Virus record (IMG/VR): IMGVR_UViG_2513237302_000002
Coordinates: 25,485 to 89,484 of that record
Strand: one strand, 5' to 3'
Origin: a virus
DNA length: 64,000 nt
The stretch's first letter is position 1. Each line of letters starts with the position of its first letter. This document shows positions 31,692 through 41,895 of the stretch, piece by piece. The notes beneath the pieces were generated by a model, which made no database searches, was not told the DNA's origin, and saw only the letters and a list, made by a program, of their open reading frames with translations. The position numbers and the translations under genes are program-made.

Positions 31692-32675
31692 CTAGGCTAC
31701 CTTTGCCATACCGTAAACTTTCATTTGCAGTACAGATACACCCAGTTTTTCTTGCGTTTCAAAGCCCATTTGCAGGTCGTTACGAGTTGAGTATTCTGGT
31801 TCAATCGTCCGAGAAGCACCCTCAACAACGACACCAACAATCTTTTCGCCCTCTGGCAAGATAATTACCTTGTCATCAGCAACAGCAAACTTGTCCGTGT
31901 TTACCTTGAATGCCTGTGGAATTTCAATCAGCTTCAAGCCACGAACCGTACCAAGGTAGCCGTTCTGGTTCAATTCATCTTTCATTGCACCAGAGAACAT
32001 AGGCGTACCAGCCATTTCAGCAATCTTAGAAAGAGCTGCCTTAGTGCCGTATACGGCTACTTGACGACCAGACTTAACGCTAATCCGTTGTGCCAGTTGT
32101 ACCAGACCATCAATCGTAGCAACACCATCAATCTTGTCGGATGCACCCAGCATCGTGTAAGCCTTGTCGATACCATCAGAAATCTTTTCTTCCACGTGAC
32201 GTACAAATGCTTGTGCCACACGGTTGACCAGTTCGTTCCAGTCAATGTCGCCAGCCATGAATTGGTCAAATTCAGCGTAAACAGCTGCACCGTACCATTC
32301 AGTTTCAATGGTAAAGTGCATACCAGTAATCGTTTGACGCCGCATGTCATTAGCACCAGCAGCTACACGACCAACACGGATTTGACGTGGGTCTTGTACT
32401 TCAAAGATAGGCTTGTCGCCCAGAGCTACCGTACGAACGTCTGCAAACTGGTCAAATTGGTTAGTCAGCAACGTTGGCAGAACAGCATCAATAGCAACAG
32501 AAATCAGTTGGAATACGTCTTGCTTGTACTTGTTCCATGAATAGATAGTGTATTCGCCATGCAATGCTTCCTTAATAGCGTTACGCATAGCTTCCGAACC
32601 AGATACACCAGAGAATTCCATGTTAGGCTTGAAATAAACATCACGAGCCAGTTTCTTAAAATCGTTCTTTTCCAA
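31692..32675 (-). CDS. Major capsid protein
   Basis: 327 aa; strongly biased codon usage; FADVRTVALGDKP and FMAGDIDWNELV motifs; follows scaffold/decoration genes. Confidence 0.85.
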   Translation of the reverse strand: MEKNDFKKLARDVYFKPNMEFSGVSGSEAMRNAIKEALHGEYTIYSWNKYKQDVFQLISVAIDAVLPTLLTNQFDQFADVRTVALGDKPIFEVQDPRQIRVGRVAAGANDMRRQTITGMHFTIETEWYGAAVYAEFDQFMAGDIDWNELVNRVAQAFVRHVEEKISDGIDKAYTMLGASDKIDGVATIDGLVQLAQRISVKSGRQVAVYGTKAALSKIAEMAGTPMFSGAMKDELNQNGYLGTVRGLKLIEIPQAFKVNTDKFAVADDKVIILPEGEKIVGVVVEGASRTIEPEYSTRNDLQMGFETQEKLGVSVLQMKVYGMAKVA

Positions 32676-32694
32676 AATCTATCCCTCGTTTCTA

Positions 32695-33144
32695 TTAGCG
32701 AATAGCGATAACGAAAACATCGCCGTCAAAGCCATGGTTTTCCTTACCAATCAACAGAGCAACACCACGTCCAGAACCAGCTTTCTTAAAGCCCAGACCC
32801 TTATCACCAACGGTCAGAGCGTCACCAACTTCTGCGCCAGCAACAAGGTCAGTCGTAACGGAAATGACATCACCCTTTTGGAGGTGGAATGCACGTCCCG
32901 TCTTGCCAGCTTCCAGAGTGTACGTACCCAAGTCAAAATGAGGGTCGCCGTATGAAATAGGAGCGTCTGCCAGAAATACTTCTGCGTCAGCTTCACCAGT
33001 AGCTGGAACTGCAACACGGCTTTCACCGTCATCGCCCAACTTACCCAGTGACAGCCATTGCCCCATAGGGAGCTTGTCAGTTTCACTTACAACAGATTCA
33101 ATGTGTTCCGTTGCTGGAATCTTGTCCAAAAACACCTTTGCCAT
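32695..33144 (-). CDS. Putative capsid decoration/cement protein
   Basis: 149 aa; GRAFHLQKGDVISVT; between scaffold and capsid. Confidence 0.6.
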   Translation of the reverse strand: MAKVFLDKIPATEHIESVVSETDKLPMGQWLSLGKLGDDGESRVAVPATGEADAEVFLADAPISYGDPHFDLGTYTLEAGKTGRAFHLQKGDVISVTTDLVAGAEVGDALTVGDKGLGFKKAGSGRGVALLIGKENHGFDGDVFVIAIR

Positions 33145-33176
33145 ATCTTTTTAAACCTCTTTTGCTATATTTTTGT

Positions 33177-34841
33177 TTAGTGGAATAGATGGTTGGCAGT
33201 ACCATAGCCGAAATCATCTTTACCACCGTTAAGTTTTACTGCTTGTACGCCTTGACGAACTGCACTAAATTCACTGTTAGACTTGTAAACTGCATAAGCA
33301 ATTTCCTTTTCGACTTCTTCAACGCTCATCTTTGCAAAGTTAGCCTTGATAGATTCGACTTGTTCGCCAGTCAGTTGGTTCTTAGCTTCGTCAAGAGCTT
33401 CTTGCTTCTTGCTCATTTCAACGCCATTCTTGTAATCAGTTAATTCTTTAATTTGCGCTTGCAAATCAGCAAGTTTAGTACGGTCATCTTCAACTTTCTT
33501 AACTTCGTCAGCCGTCAAGAAAGTTGGGAAAACTTCGATTTTATCACCAATAACAATGTTGTCATTGTCATCTACACTATATTCAATACGGTAATAATTC
33601 TTGTCGTACGTGTCCCAATCAACTAACTTCACGATGCCATAGGCTTCATACACTTCCACAGGAACTAAGCCCATTGGCTTACCGTTAAAGTATTTGCTTT
33701 CGCATCCATCGACAAAGGCACGTTCACGGTCATCTAAAGCCAATTCAAATTGAGCTTTCTTCTTGCCCTTGCCACCGCCACAGGATTCTTGTTCAGACTT
33801 CTTCTTTTCTTCGTCTGGTTCATCTTGTGGTTCTGATTCTGGTTCTTCTGATTCGTTGTCTTGATTCTGACCATCATCTTCTTTTGGTTCTTTATCTTTC
33901 TTGTCATCATCAGTGGACATCGTGCTTTCAGAATGTTCATCATCAGTAGTAGCTCCAGAAGCACTGCTATTAGCTGGTTCTGCACTCTTATCATCAGAAC
34001 TTGATGCGGGTGCAGCACTCTTATCAGAACTAGCACTACTTGCTGGAGTTTCTTTACCAGAATCGGCACTTTGCGAACTGGTTGACCCAGCCGAGCTAGT
34101 TGGTGCTTTTTCTGGCGACTTTGGTTCAGTACCAGTCGTAGGCTTCTTTTCGTCTACTACTGGTTCATCTTTATCGTTCTGCTTCTTCTTAGTAGCCAAA
34201 GCATATTCCCCTTTCTCGGCTGTAAATTCAGCCAACATTTCTTCAAAAGCCTGTTTAAAGTCGGTCTTTGAAAATACCATTGAAATTGTCGAACCAGACA
34301 TGGCTGGTGCTACATCATCACCCAAGATACATAATCCTGTAAAGGTTGCCTGTGTAAACACCACCCGACCACGGTCATCAGTGTAGCCATCTCCGTTCGC
34401 AATCTCCATTGATTGACCCTTGTAGCCGTCATCGCTGAACAGCTCCATAGCGTCAACAAACCGTGTCCATAAGTAGCCATCTGCTACCAACCATTCTTTG
34501 CCACCAGTCGTTTCAAAGTGTGCATTGTTATCTTCTGGGATAAAGCCATAAGCATGTGTATTGAACGACACATTCAGCTTATTATCCTTTACAGATAGCT
34601 TCTTTTCATGCCCTCTGAAATCTTCTTCGCCACTATCATTTTCAGCGATATAACCCAGAATAGGGATATTAGCCAATGACGGAATCATATCCGTTAAGAC
34701 TTCTTTACTGAAAATTGAGTTGTTCAGATTGACCCCAGTATGTGCAATGAAAATCCGTACCTTTTGAAACCGTGAATCATTATCTAATGGTTCAGCCTGT
34801 TCAAAATGCGTTGGCAGCTTGACCGTTGTTACATCAATCAT
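33177..34841 (-). CDS. Prohead protease/scaffold protein
   Basis: HTGVNLNNSIFSKE...SLANIPILGY, QSMEI, FTGLCILGDDVAPAM; low-complexity linker and C-terminal coiled coil. Confidence 0.8.
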   Translation of the reverse strand: MIDVTTVKLPTHFEQAEPLDNDSRFQKVRIFIAHTGVNLNNSIFSKEVLTDMIPSLANIPILGYIAENDSGEEDFRGHEKKLSVKDNKLNVSFNTHAYGFIPEDNNAHFETTGGKEWLVADGYLWTRFVDAMELFSDDGYKGQSMEIANGDGYTDDRGRVVFTQATFTGLCILGDDVAPAMSGSTISMVFSKTDFKQAFEEMLAEFTAEKGEYALATKKKQNDKDEPVVDEKKPTTGTEPKSPEKAPTSSAGSTSSQSADSGKETPASSASSDKSAAPASSSDDKSAEPANSSASGATTDDEHSESTMSTDDDKKDKEPKEDDGQNQDNESEEPESEPQDEPDEEKKKSEQESCGGGKGKKKAQFELALDDRERAFVDGCESKYFNGKPMGLVPVEVYEAYGIVKLVDWDTYDKNYYRIEYSVDDNDNIVIGDKIEVFPTFLTADEVKKVEDDRTKLADLQAQIKELTDYKNGVEMSKKQEALDEAKNQLTGEQVESIKANFAKMSVEEVEKEIAYAVYKSNSEFSAVRQGVQAVKLNGGKDDFGYGTANHLFH

Positions 34842-34850
34842 CTAGTCACC

Positions 34851-36395
34851 TCATGCACCGCCGTCAAGCCTATCGGTGTCGTCAGTTGGATTATCCGTCT
34901 TTGGACGACCGATTTGCCCACGAACGGGGTTTTTAATCGTCTTATTACCGCTGCCACCATTAGCGGAATCTTTACTAGAAATGGTGTTTGACGTTGGTTT
35001 AACAACCATCAGCGAATCAATATCAAGCACTTGTTGTTCAAACTGTAACTGAGAAACAATCTCAATTGGATTAAACCCACAAGCAGCTAGGTAATTCATT
35101 CTTGAACCACCAAACGCTAACTGGTCTTTAAAATTAGTAATATCGTCTTTCAACGTAAAGTTTGATTCACGAATAAACTTGATATTCCACGGAATCTTAC
35201 TCTTAGTCTTGATTTGCGTCATTACAAAGTTGTAGTAGTTTTCAATCATTGGATAGAAATTCGTGTAAACCCAATTAGCATCCTTTTTAACGGATTCCTT
35301 AACAATGTTTGAACTAGTCGTAGCGCTACCAAAAAGCCCAGAACTAGTACCAAGGTCATAGAACAGTTGTTCCATTCCCTTGTTAATCGTGTCATAAGCT
35401 CCAGCATTACCAGAACCAGTTAATGGAATATTGGTAACGTTAGATGGACTGGTAACGGCAATTACACCATTCGGCAACCGTGAACGCATCTGGTCATCGA
35501 AAATCTTAGCCGTTTTAACATTGATAGTTGGTACACCATCGCTGTTTACAGGAATCTTAGAATGGATAAGCCGTAACGTATCTAACTTATCTTTGATTTC
35601 AACGTTATCTTTTGCCTTGTCCAATGAAAGACTGTCAGCTAGTACACTAACAAATGGTGAAATAGCAATACCACCGTTAAACAAAGCATTCTGGTCAAAC
35701 GTGAATGCCATTGCATTGTCTGATAGGTAATACCATTTGTTGTTGTACCATTTAGTCGTATCATCTAATCCAGATTGACTTTGATAGTCTTTATAAGCGT
35801 TCTGAATTTCAGTTGGTAACGAATCTACAACTTCTGCCTTAATCTTTGACATATCTAAACGGTAACGATAAACACCGTTTTCCAAAGATGAAATGCGACA
35901 CCATTCAATTGGGAACTTTAAATAACCAATTCCAGTATTATCTTGAATCGTATACCAGAATGTAGCACCCTCAATCAGCGTCATCTTAAAGAAATAAGAA
36001 GCAAAGAAAGGGATATTATACTGATTTAATCCATAAGCAACGTCAATATAATCTTGTTGCAAGTTGTTCTCTAATTGATATTGCTTGTTCCCTAATACTG
36101 GATAAATCGAATAGTTATAGGTGGGAATTGATTGATAATAATCAAGAACCTTGCTGATAACGCCATTCTTAATATATGCTTCACGCATGGTAGCGGCGAT
36201 AACTTCCGCATTATCGTAAGGTCGTTCCAGATACGTTTTAATATTATCTTTATCAGTCGTTGCCGATGAAGTGGACTGGAAACGGCTCTTAGGGTCAGAT
36301 AATACAGACGCATACTCTGAATTACGTTGTCTTACACGGTTGATATTCCGCTCATACATTCTTTGTCGTCCTCGAACTGTTCTTGGTCTAGCCAT
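34851..36395 (-). CDS. Portal protein
   Basis: 514 aa directly after the terminase; C-terminal GRPK tail. Confidence 0.8.
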   Translation of the reverse strand: MARPRTVRGRQRMYERNINRVRQRNSEYASVLSDPKSRFQSTSSATTDKDNIKTYLERPYDNAEVIAATMREAYIKNGVISKVLDYYQSIPTYNYSIYPVLGNKQYQLENNLQQDYIDVAYGLNQYNIPFFASYFFKMTLIEGATFWYTIQDNTGIGYLKFPIEWCRISSLENGVYRYRLDMSKIKAEVVDSLPTEIQNAYKDYQSQSGLDDTTKWYNNKWYYLSDNAMAFTFDQNALFNGGIAISPFVSVLADSLSLDKAKDNVEIKDKLDTLRLIHSKIPVNSDGVPTINVKTAKIFDDQMRSRLPNGVIAVTSPSNVTNIPLTGSGNAGAYDTINKGMEQLFYDLGTSSGLFGSATTSSNIVKESVKKDANWVYTNFYPMIENYYNFVMTQIKTKSKIPWNIKFIRESNFTLKDDITNFKDQLAFGGSRMNYLAACGFNPIEIVSQLQFEQQVLDIDSLMVVKPTSNTISSKDSANGGSGNKTIKNPVRGQIGRPKTDNPTDDTDRLDGGA

Positions 36396-36407
36396 GTTTC
36401 ACCACCT

Positions 36408-37964
36408 TTAACCGATTCTAAAGTAATCTAAGAAGTCGCCACTTTGTTCTTTTAAATCTTTCTCAAGCTCATTTGCATAGTAATTACAGTAGGCAATCGA
36501 ACTATATCTATCTTTAGTAGTCGTCCCTACTTCGTAAATCTTAATCATACCAGCACGTACAACGTATTCCAGATTAACTAATTCATTAACCAGTGCCGTT
36601 GTCTGAACATATGGATAGAGTATTCTAACCTGTTCTTCTGGTGGCAATTTACGATATTTAGGGTCTGCCTGTAATTCTTCACGCTTCTGAATATCGTTAA
36701 TAGGCAACCGTAACTTACCATTTTCGATAACCGTTTTAAGAGAAACGGCAATCTCATGGTTAAATGCAGCACTGGCTTTAACCGTGTACACACATTTAAT
36801 ACCCTTGGTTTTGGTACGGTCATTCGTTTCATCATCGTTAATACACGACCATGCTGGATATTCAACATCACGTTCTTTATCAGTCAATACGGTAGCGCAA
36901 GCGTCAAATACACCTAAACCGTTACCGTTGGCGTCCATTACCACATAATCGGCTTCAAAGTCGTAATAAAGCTCTTTTAACCGAATTGCCAAGTCAGCCG
37001 TAGCAATCGAATCACGAATGCTTTCAAGATATACAACTTGTCGCTTATACTCATCACCATCACGGATTAACCGCATTAATGTAAATGCTGACGTGTCGTT
37101 TTTGACTAACTTATTACCACCCATAAGGGCAATATCGAGTGCGACAATTCTAATCTCATTTGTGCGGTCAATACGTTTAAAGTTGCTTAACGTCTTTGGC
37201 TTGGCACGTAGTTTATTTTCAACAAACTCTTGATTAGTCGGTGGTCTGAACGTCTTATTGACTGTTCTAATTTTGTTTAGTGGGTCTAATTTGAAGTACG
37301 CCTTATCATTTTCACCAACGAAAATGGCTTCATATTCCATATCAAACCCTGTTTTATCAAAATCATCTTTCGTCTTAATGTTGTCAATACGGTTTTCTTG
37401 CAGAATACCGTGGTGCAATGATAACTGATACGGTAAATCAACAACGAAGTATTCTGGATTGCCTTTTGCCATTTCCTTTAGATAGGTCTTAAAGGCGTCC
37501 CAAATCCAATGTGATTTAAACCATGCAGACGAAATATAGATTTCCTTGTTATCTTCTTTTGGATAATTCTTGTACTCTGGTCTGTCCATAAATGGTGGAC
37601 GGCGAACAACGTTTAACATAGGTTGCAGAACCTTTTCCACGAAGTCCTTTTTCAACAAACGGAATTCGTCAACAATCAAGATATTGCAACGTAAACCACG
37701 GGCATTATCGTTTGAAACAACGGCTGCTATCTTTGAACCGTTTGGAAACTCAACATGAGTATCATTAGCTGATTCTTTAATGTTGTTCTTTCTGTTCCCA
37801 ATCTCAAATCTAACCATAGGGTGGTCATTATAAAGTTGTACTATCTTTTCTGTTATGATTTTTCCCGCTTGACTACGAGTACCCGAAGCCAACACGATTT
37901 TAGTATTAGGATATAAAATACACCTAATAACGCAGTATATAGCAATAATAAAACTTTTGCCCTG
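36408..37964 (-). CDS. terL: Terminase large subunit, exon 2
   Basis: Frame opens at 37964 with QGKSFIIAIYC; Walker B RCNILIVDEFR; ISSAW; nuclease motifs VALDIA and KDRYSS. Confidence 0.92.
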   Translation of the reverse strand, partial: QGKSFIIAIYCVIRCILYPNTKIVLASGTRSQAGKIITEKIVQLYNDHPMVRFEIGNRKNNIKESANDTHVEFPNGSKIAAVVSNDNARGLRCNILIVDEFRLLKKDFVEKVLQPMLNVVRRPPFMDRPEYKNYPKEDNKEIYISSAWFKSHWIWDAFKTYLKEMAKGNPEYFVVDLPYQLSLHHGILQENRIDNIKTKDDFDKTGFDMEYEAIFVGENDKAYFKLDPLNKIRTVNKTFRPPTNQEFVENKLRAKPKTLSNFKRIDRTNEIRIVALDIALMGGNKLVKNDTSAFTLMRLIRDGDEYKRQVVYLESIRDSIATADLAIRLKELYYDFEADYVVMDANGNGLGVFDACATVLTDKERDVEYPAWSCINDDETNDRTKTKGIKCVYTVKASAAFNHEIAVSLKTVIENGKLRLPINDIQKREELQADPKYRKLPPEEQVRILYPYVQTTALVNELVNLEYVVRAGMIKIYEVGTTTKDRYSSIAYCNYYANELEKDLKEQSGDFLDYFRIG

Positions 37965-38240
37965 CAGTCTTGTTATCGTACAGGTTTTTTATCCCGTACT
38001 TCTTACGATTTCTCGCAAGCTCGGCATATCTTTCCATCTTCAACATTACTTGTTAAGATGCTCCGACCTCTTGGCAACGTTATATTCTCATACGAGTTTC
38101 AGTTGCTATGCTCTGCCCATGTTAGGCTTATTACGACCTAACTTCTGGTCTGATTACCTTGCCGTGATGGTTTAGGCTTCCAGTTATTTTTCGGAGTTAC
38201 AACACTATATTTCTATAATGCTAGGCTACGTACTTTAGTA
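37965..38240 (-). ncRNA. Group I intron (276 nt, no ORF) in terL
   Basis: Exon 1 ends in U (GGU) and the intron ends in G; P1 GGU|UAC pairs with GUAGCC with a U-G wobble at the splice site; P/Q/R/S-like elements AAUAACUGGAAGCCUAA, GUAAUCAGACCAG, GGCAGAGCAUAG, AAGAUAUGCCG; removal restores ARG-QGKS. Confidence 0.92.
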
Positions 38241-38438
38241 ACCACGTGCCGCTATATACATAAAAAGGTTGACTTTGTTCATCATATACAACAATATTTT
38301 CTGGTACAAAAACAGATGTATACCTAAATATTCCTCAGCAAATATTTGTGGATTCTTTCTCCAGAACCCAACCCATTCCATAAGATTCTCTTCACGTTGC
38401 TGGAAGTAATCTAAATCGCTGTTATTTGTCTTTTTCAT
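38241..38438 (-). CDS. terL: Terminase large subunit, exon 1
   Basis: FWRKNPQIFAEEYLGIHLFLYQKILL...YIAARG is a typical TerL N-terminus ending in the first half of Walker A. Confidence 0.9.
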
Positions 38439-39222
38439 ATAGACTTTCTACTTCTTCCTCGCTTGCCATACCAAGCGTACGTTTCATCGGTATAATGAAC
38501 CATTTTTGGATATATTTCATGATGCCAGCAGCATCATCATATTCGGGTCTATCTGGAATGGGTTTTCTCATTTCGTACTTTTGAATACGTTGCCCGACAT
38601 TTTCTACCGAATCGTCTTTGGAATTCAATACAGCGTCAAGCCCTAATTGCTTGAGGTCATCATTATAGGTTTTCTGTAATTGTGCAATTGCTTTAGCGTC
38701 ACCAGCTCTTAAACTATCGTTGAAAACGTCTTTTAGCTTAATATCTTGCACATATCGTTCTAGTTCAAGGGAAGTAGTAGCTGGCTTAATTGCCATCAAA
38801 CCCTTTAGCGCTGTTTCAAAGTAGGCGTACTTTTCATCGTTGTAGCCATCTCCCCAGCGTTGAACCATTTTGTCCGTAACCGTAAACGTTGTTCCAATGT
38901 TTTCTTCCATACCATCTTGGGTAAATTCAGAATCAAGGAACGTTGTATACCGTTTAAATGGTGCGATTTTACGCATATATAAGCCAAAAGTAGGCTGTTC
39001 CGTATCATCGCTAACCATTCCGTCCATAACACGCTTAATAAACGGCAAGTTAGTAAGCTGACACATAGTAATCACTGAATCTTCGTCTTTAAAATCAACA
39101 AACTCATTAGCGCAATCTTTACAAATCGTTAATGAGTTATTCAGCAATTTATTCTTATGTTTCAGACATTCTCTTGGCTTTTTGCTCAAACCACAAATAA
39201 CACAAGTTTTATCGCCAGCCAC
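38422..39222 (-). CDS. Putative terminase small subunit with N-terminal Zn finger
   Basis: CxxC...CxxC motif; RWGDGY; overlaps the terL start. Confidence 0.65.
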   Translation of the reverse strand: MAGDKTCVICGLSKKPRECLKHKNKLLNNSLTICKDCANEFVDFKDEDSVITMCQLTNLPFIKRVMDGMVSDDTEQPTFGLYMRKIAPFKRYTTFLDSEFTQDGMEENIGTTFTVTDKMVQRWGDGYNDEKYAYFETALKGLMAIKPATTSLELERYVQDIKLKDVFNDSLRAGDAKAIAQLQKTYNDDLKQLGLDAVLNSKDDSVENVGQRIQKYEMRKPIPDRPEYDDAAGIMKYIQKWFIIPMKRTLGMASEEEVESLYEKDK

Positions 39223-39236
39223 ATTATCTCTCCTCT

Positions 39237-39491
39237 CTACTTGTCAGTTGTTTCGACAAGGAAAGAATAGGCTTCTGACAACAATCTCAATGTATTTGCA
39301 TACCGTTCAAGGTCTGCCATTTCATGGATTGATAGTTCGTCATTATGTTCAATCTCAGTCATTTTATGACTAACATATTCCATGTGTTTCATGACGTTGG
39401 TGAGCTTTTCAAGTCGTGATAATTCTTGAATACGCATACCAATATTCACTCTCGCTCTTCTCTCTCCTCGTGTACTTCTTACGGCAGACAA
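39237..39491 (-). CDS. Hypothetical protein
   Basis: 84-aa ORF in operon orientation; start uncertain. Confidence 0.5.
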   Translation of the reverse strand: MSAVRSTRGERRARVNIGMRIQELSRLEKLTNVMKHMEYVSHKMTEIEHNDELSIHEMADLERYANTLRLLSEAYSFLVETTDK

Positions 39492-39673
39492 TCATAATCC
39501 GATTTGTTTTTATTTATACAGGAGGTTACACTCGGTGATTATCTGCTCTAAGAATTACACGAGGATTCGTGTAATCATCATTTACTCAGCGTTACTTAAA
39601 CCGACCCCGTAACGCTATTCGTGGGTTTTAATAACACGTGCGCATCGTGCTAATGGATGCCAATCATCATCAA

Positions 39674-39943
39674 TTACAGCGTCTTAGATGCCTTGATTGA
39701 GTGCTTGAACTTTTCTGGAACTTCAATCGTACGTGGATGTTCTGGGTCAAAATTCAAATGGTGCAAAGTAGCTGGTTGCAGCTTTGATTCAAACTTTGCA
39801 AAACCAGTCAGCATCAACGATTCGTTCTTAGCAAACACTGACTTAACGCCATCAACAAAAGCATTAATAATAGCTTCTGCATTCTTTTGCGTAGTGTTCT
39901 GTTGTTCAGCAATGACTTTTACGAAATCCTTTTTCGTCAACAT
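39674..39943 (-). CDS. hup: HU family DNA-binding protein
   Basis: MLTKKDFVKVIAEQ...LTGFAKFE...IEVPEK...KASKTL; purine-rich RBS. Confidence 0.88.
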   Translation of the reverse strand: MLTKKDFVKVIAEQQNTTQKNAEAIINAFVDGVKSVFAKNESLMLTGFAKFESKLQPATLHHLNFDPEHPRTIEVPEKFKHSIKASKTL

Positions 39944-40126
39944 ATTTGTATCTCTCTCTTTCTCGATTGACTTATTTTCTTTACGTGAAGATTGTGGGAG
40001 TTGAACCCACATAGCCCTATCTTCATAATCCGTGGTTCGCAAAGCCACGGAAAAGGTACAAAGCGCAGTTTATTTTTGAAAGGGCTTAATTACCCTCTCA
40101 CCCTATGAAAGGATTTTTTGGGCTAC

Positions 40127-40801
40127 CTACAACCATTTTTTGATTTTTTTTGCAATTCTTTTTAATTTTTTTGATACATTTTGTTGAGTTGTGCCTGTTG
40201 ATTCAGCCACTTTTACGCCACTTACGACACCATCAAAATTTTTCAAAAAAATCAAGTCATCTGGTGAGCAAATTGATTTAATCTCATCTGCTAACCAACC
40301 AATTGCTTCTCTCACTTTATCGTTTTGGATATTCTCTGGCACTGACCAAAGCAATCCGTTAGTAATAAAGCGCTTAATCTCGTCTACGGTTAATTCGTGC
40401 GCATCAAATAACCGTACTAAATATCCGTCCCTATCTTCCGTCAAGGTTCGTAAATAGTCATTGTCAGTATATTCATCAAAGTCGTTCCAACTAATCGAAT
40501 TCTTGGCAACGTTCGATTGCGTTTGATAATACCGTTCGTCTGGATAAAAACTCTGTTCTAGCTTAAATCCGCTATCAACGTCTGGTGCAAACAGCATATA
40601 GTTGCTCATCATTTCCAACTTGTTGCCAATACCAGTATCTCTTGCGTTTGCTCCGTTGCGTGCGGTGGCTGCCAACTTGTTGTGATTGCTTTTTGTGTCA
40701 AGCGTTTCTTGTAATACCTTGCGTCTAGCATCAATATCTCTGTTTTTAAAACTAATCTTTTTCCCTTTGCTCATCTTACCAATACCAATTGTCCTATACA
40801 T
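40127..40801 (-). CDS. Hypothetical protein with C-terminal sigma-region-4-like HTH
   Basis: VKVAESTGTTQQNVSKKLKRI; first gene of the packaging/structural operon. Confidence 0.6.
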   Translation of the reverse strand: MYRTIGIGKMSKGKKISFKNRDIDARRKVLQETLDTKSNHNKLAATARNGANARDTGIGNKLEMMSNYMLFAPDVDSGFKLEQSFYPDERYYQTQSNVAKNSISWNDFDEYTDNDYLRTLTEDRDGYLVRLFDAHELTVDEIKRFITNGLLWSVPENIQNDKVREAIGWLADEIKSICSPDDLIFLKNFDGVVSGVKVAESTGTTQQNVSKKLKRIAKKIKKWL

Positions 40802-41035
40802 TTGTTTTTAATTTTAATTTTAAGCCCTCTCTCGTGCCCGTACAGACGTTTTAAGTTCTGTTTGGTATAATTACACCTCTCAACTCTAAAATGGCTCAGA
40901 AGCGATTTTAGACGGGTTATACGGCACGTTATTTTTTAAGGGCAATATTTATTCCGCTGGTCTATGTATAATATTATACCACCGAAACGTTGGTATTGGT
41001 GCATTTTTGAGCGTTAGTAAAGTAAAATGGTCTAG

Positions 41036-41797
41036 TTAATCAATGACTTTGAGAACCCTTTTATGCTTGATTTTGTCTTTGATTGTCTTAGTCAGCATCT
41101 TATGGTCGTTGATGTCAGCGTAGTAATACTTCGTTGTTCCACTTGCGTTGTTAAGTCTAACGTGATAATAGGCAACGATATTGTGCTTACGCATCCACAC
41201 AAAATGTCTGAATACCGTTGACGCCGACAAGCCAATCATGTTTCCAAGATAAGTTGGTGTAGCTCCAATAACCTTTGAGCTGTCATCATTGCTAAATGTG
41301 CAGCTTCTCATAGCAACATACAATGCAAAACGCTTTAATGTGTTACTCCCTCTATCGGCACGGTTAAGCAGTTGATTCATTACGTTTGGATATAGCGTTG
41401 CAAATCCATCCGACTTGTCTACTGGATTGATAATCACATTGAACCATGTTTTGGAAATCCATTTGTAATGATTCGTTGTAATATATCCAGCTTCTTCTAG
41501 TTCGTTTAAGGTGTTTTGAATGCCTTTAACCGCATAAGAGTTCGTATTTTGTGCGTTCTTGTTGCTTAAAGATAAATCTTGACAAATATATCTAAAACTA
41601 ACATTCTGCCACCCTTGCTTGCCATTGAATTGTGTTTGTGGAGCTGATTTAAATACCAAGTAAGCATATAAGCCAATTGCTTGTGCCGATAATCCGTCAA
41701 TGAAAATCGTTTTTGGAATTAAGGCGAAGTATCTTTGCTTAGTTAATTTCAATTCGTCATATTTTTTCAATACGTCCATTTTGTGAAAATCCTCCAT
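41036..41797 (-). CDS. Tandem winged-HTH protein (Rep-like DNA-binding protein)
   Basis: LSAQAIGLYAYL...LNELEEAGYI, second HTH LGNMIGLSASTVFRH; GGAGG RBS. Confidence 0.6.
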   Translation of the reverse strand: MEDFHKMDVLKKYDELKLTKQRYFALIPKTIFIDGLSAQAIGLYAYLVFKSAPQTQFNGKQGWQNVSFRYICQDLSLSNKNAQNTNSYAVKGIQNTLNELEEAGYITTNHYKWISKTWFNVIINPVDKSDGFATLYPNVMNQLLNRADRGSNTLKRFALYVAMRSCTFSNDDSSKVIGATPTYLGNMIGLSASTVFRHFVWMRKHNIVAYYHVRLNNASGTTKYYYADINDHKMLTKTIKDKIKHKRVLKVID

Positions 41798-41895
41798 GAA
41801 AAATCCATTTGACCAGCCACCCCATTTTGGGGTGCTGGTATTTCTATCTTAATATATATAGTTCTCTCTTGTCTTTATATATTAATAATACGGTC

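Noticed and set aside
36408..38438. Terminase as a pseudogene, frameshifted gene or intein-containing gene
   Set aside because: The gap has stop codons and group I intron hallmarks; precise removal restores Walker A in frame
6219..39373. Numerous plus-strand ORFs of 60-210 aa antisense to structural genes
   Set aside because: Shadow ORFs without RBS or motifs, fully overlapping well-supported genes
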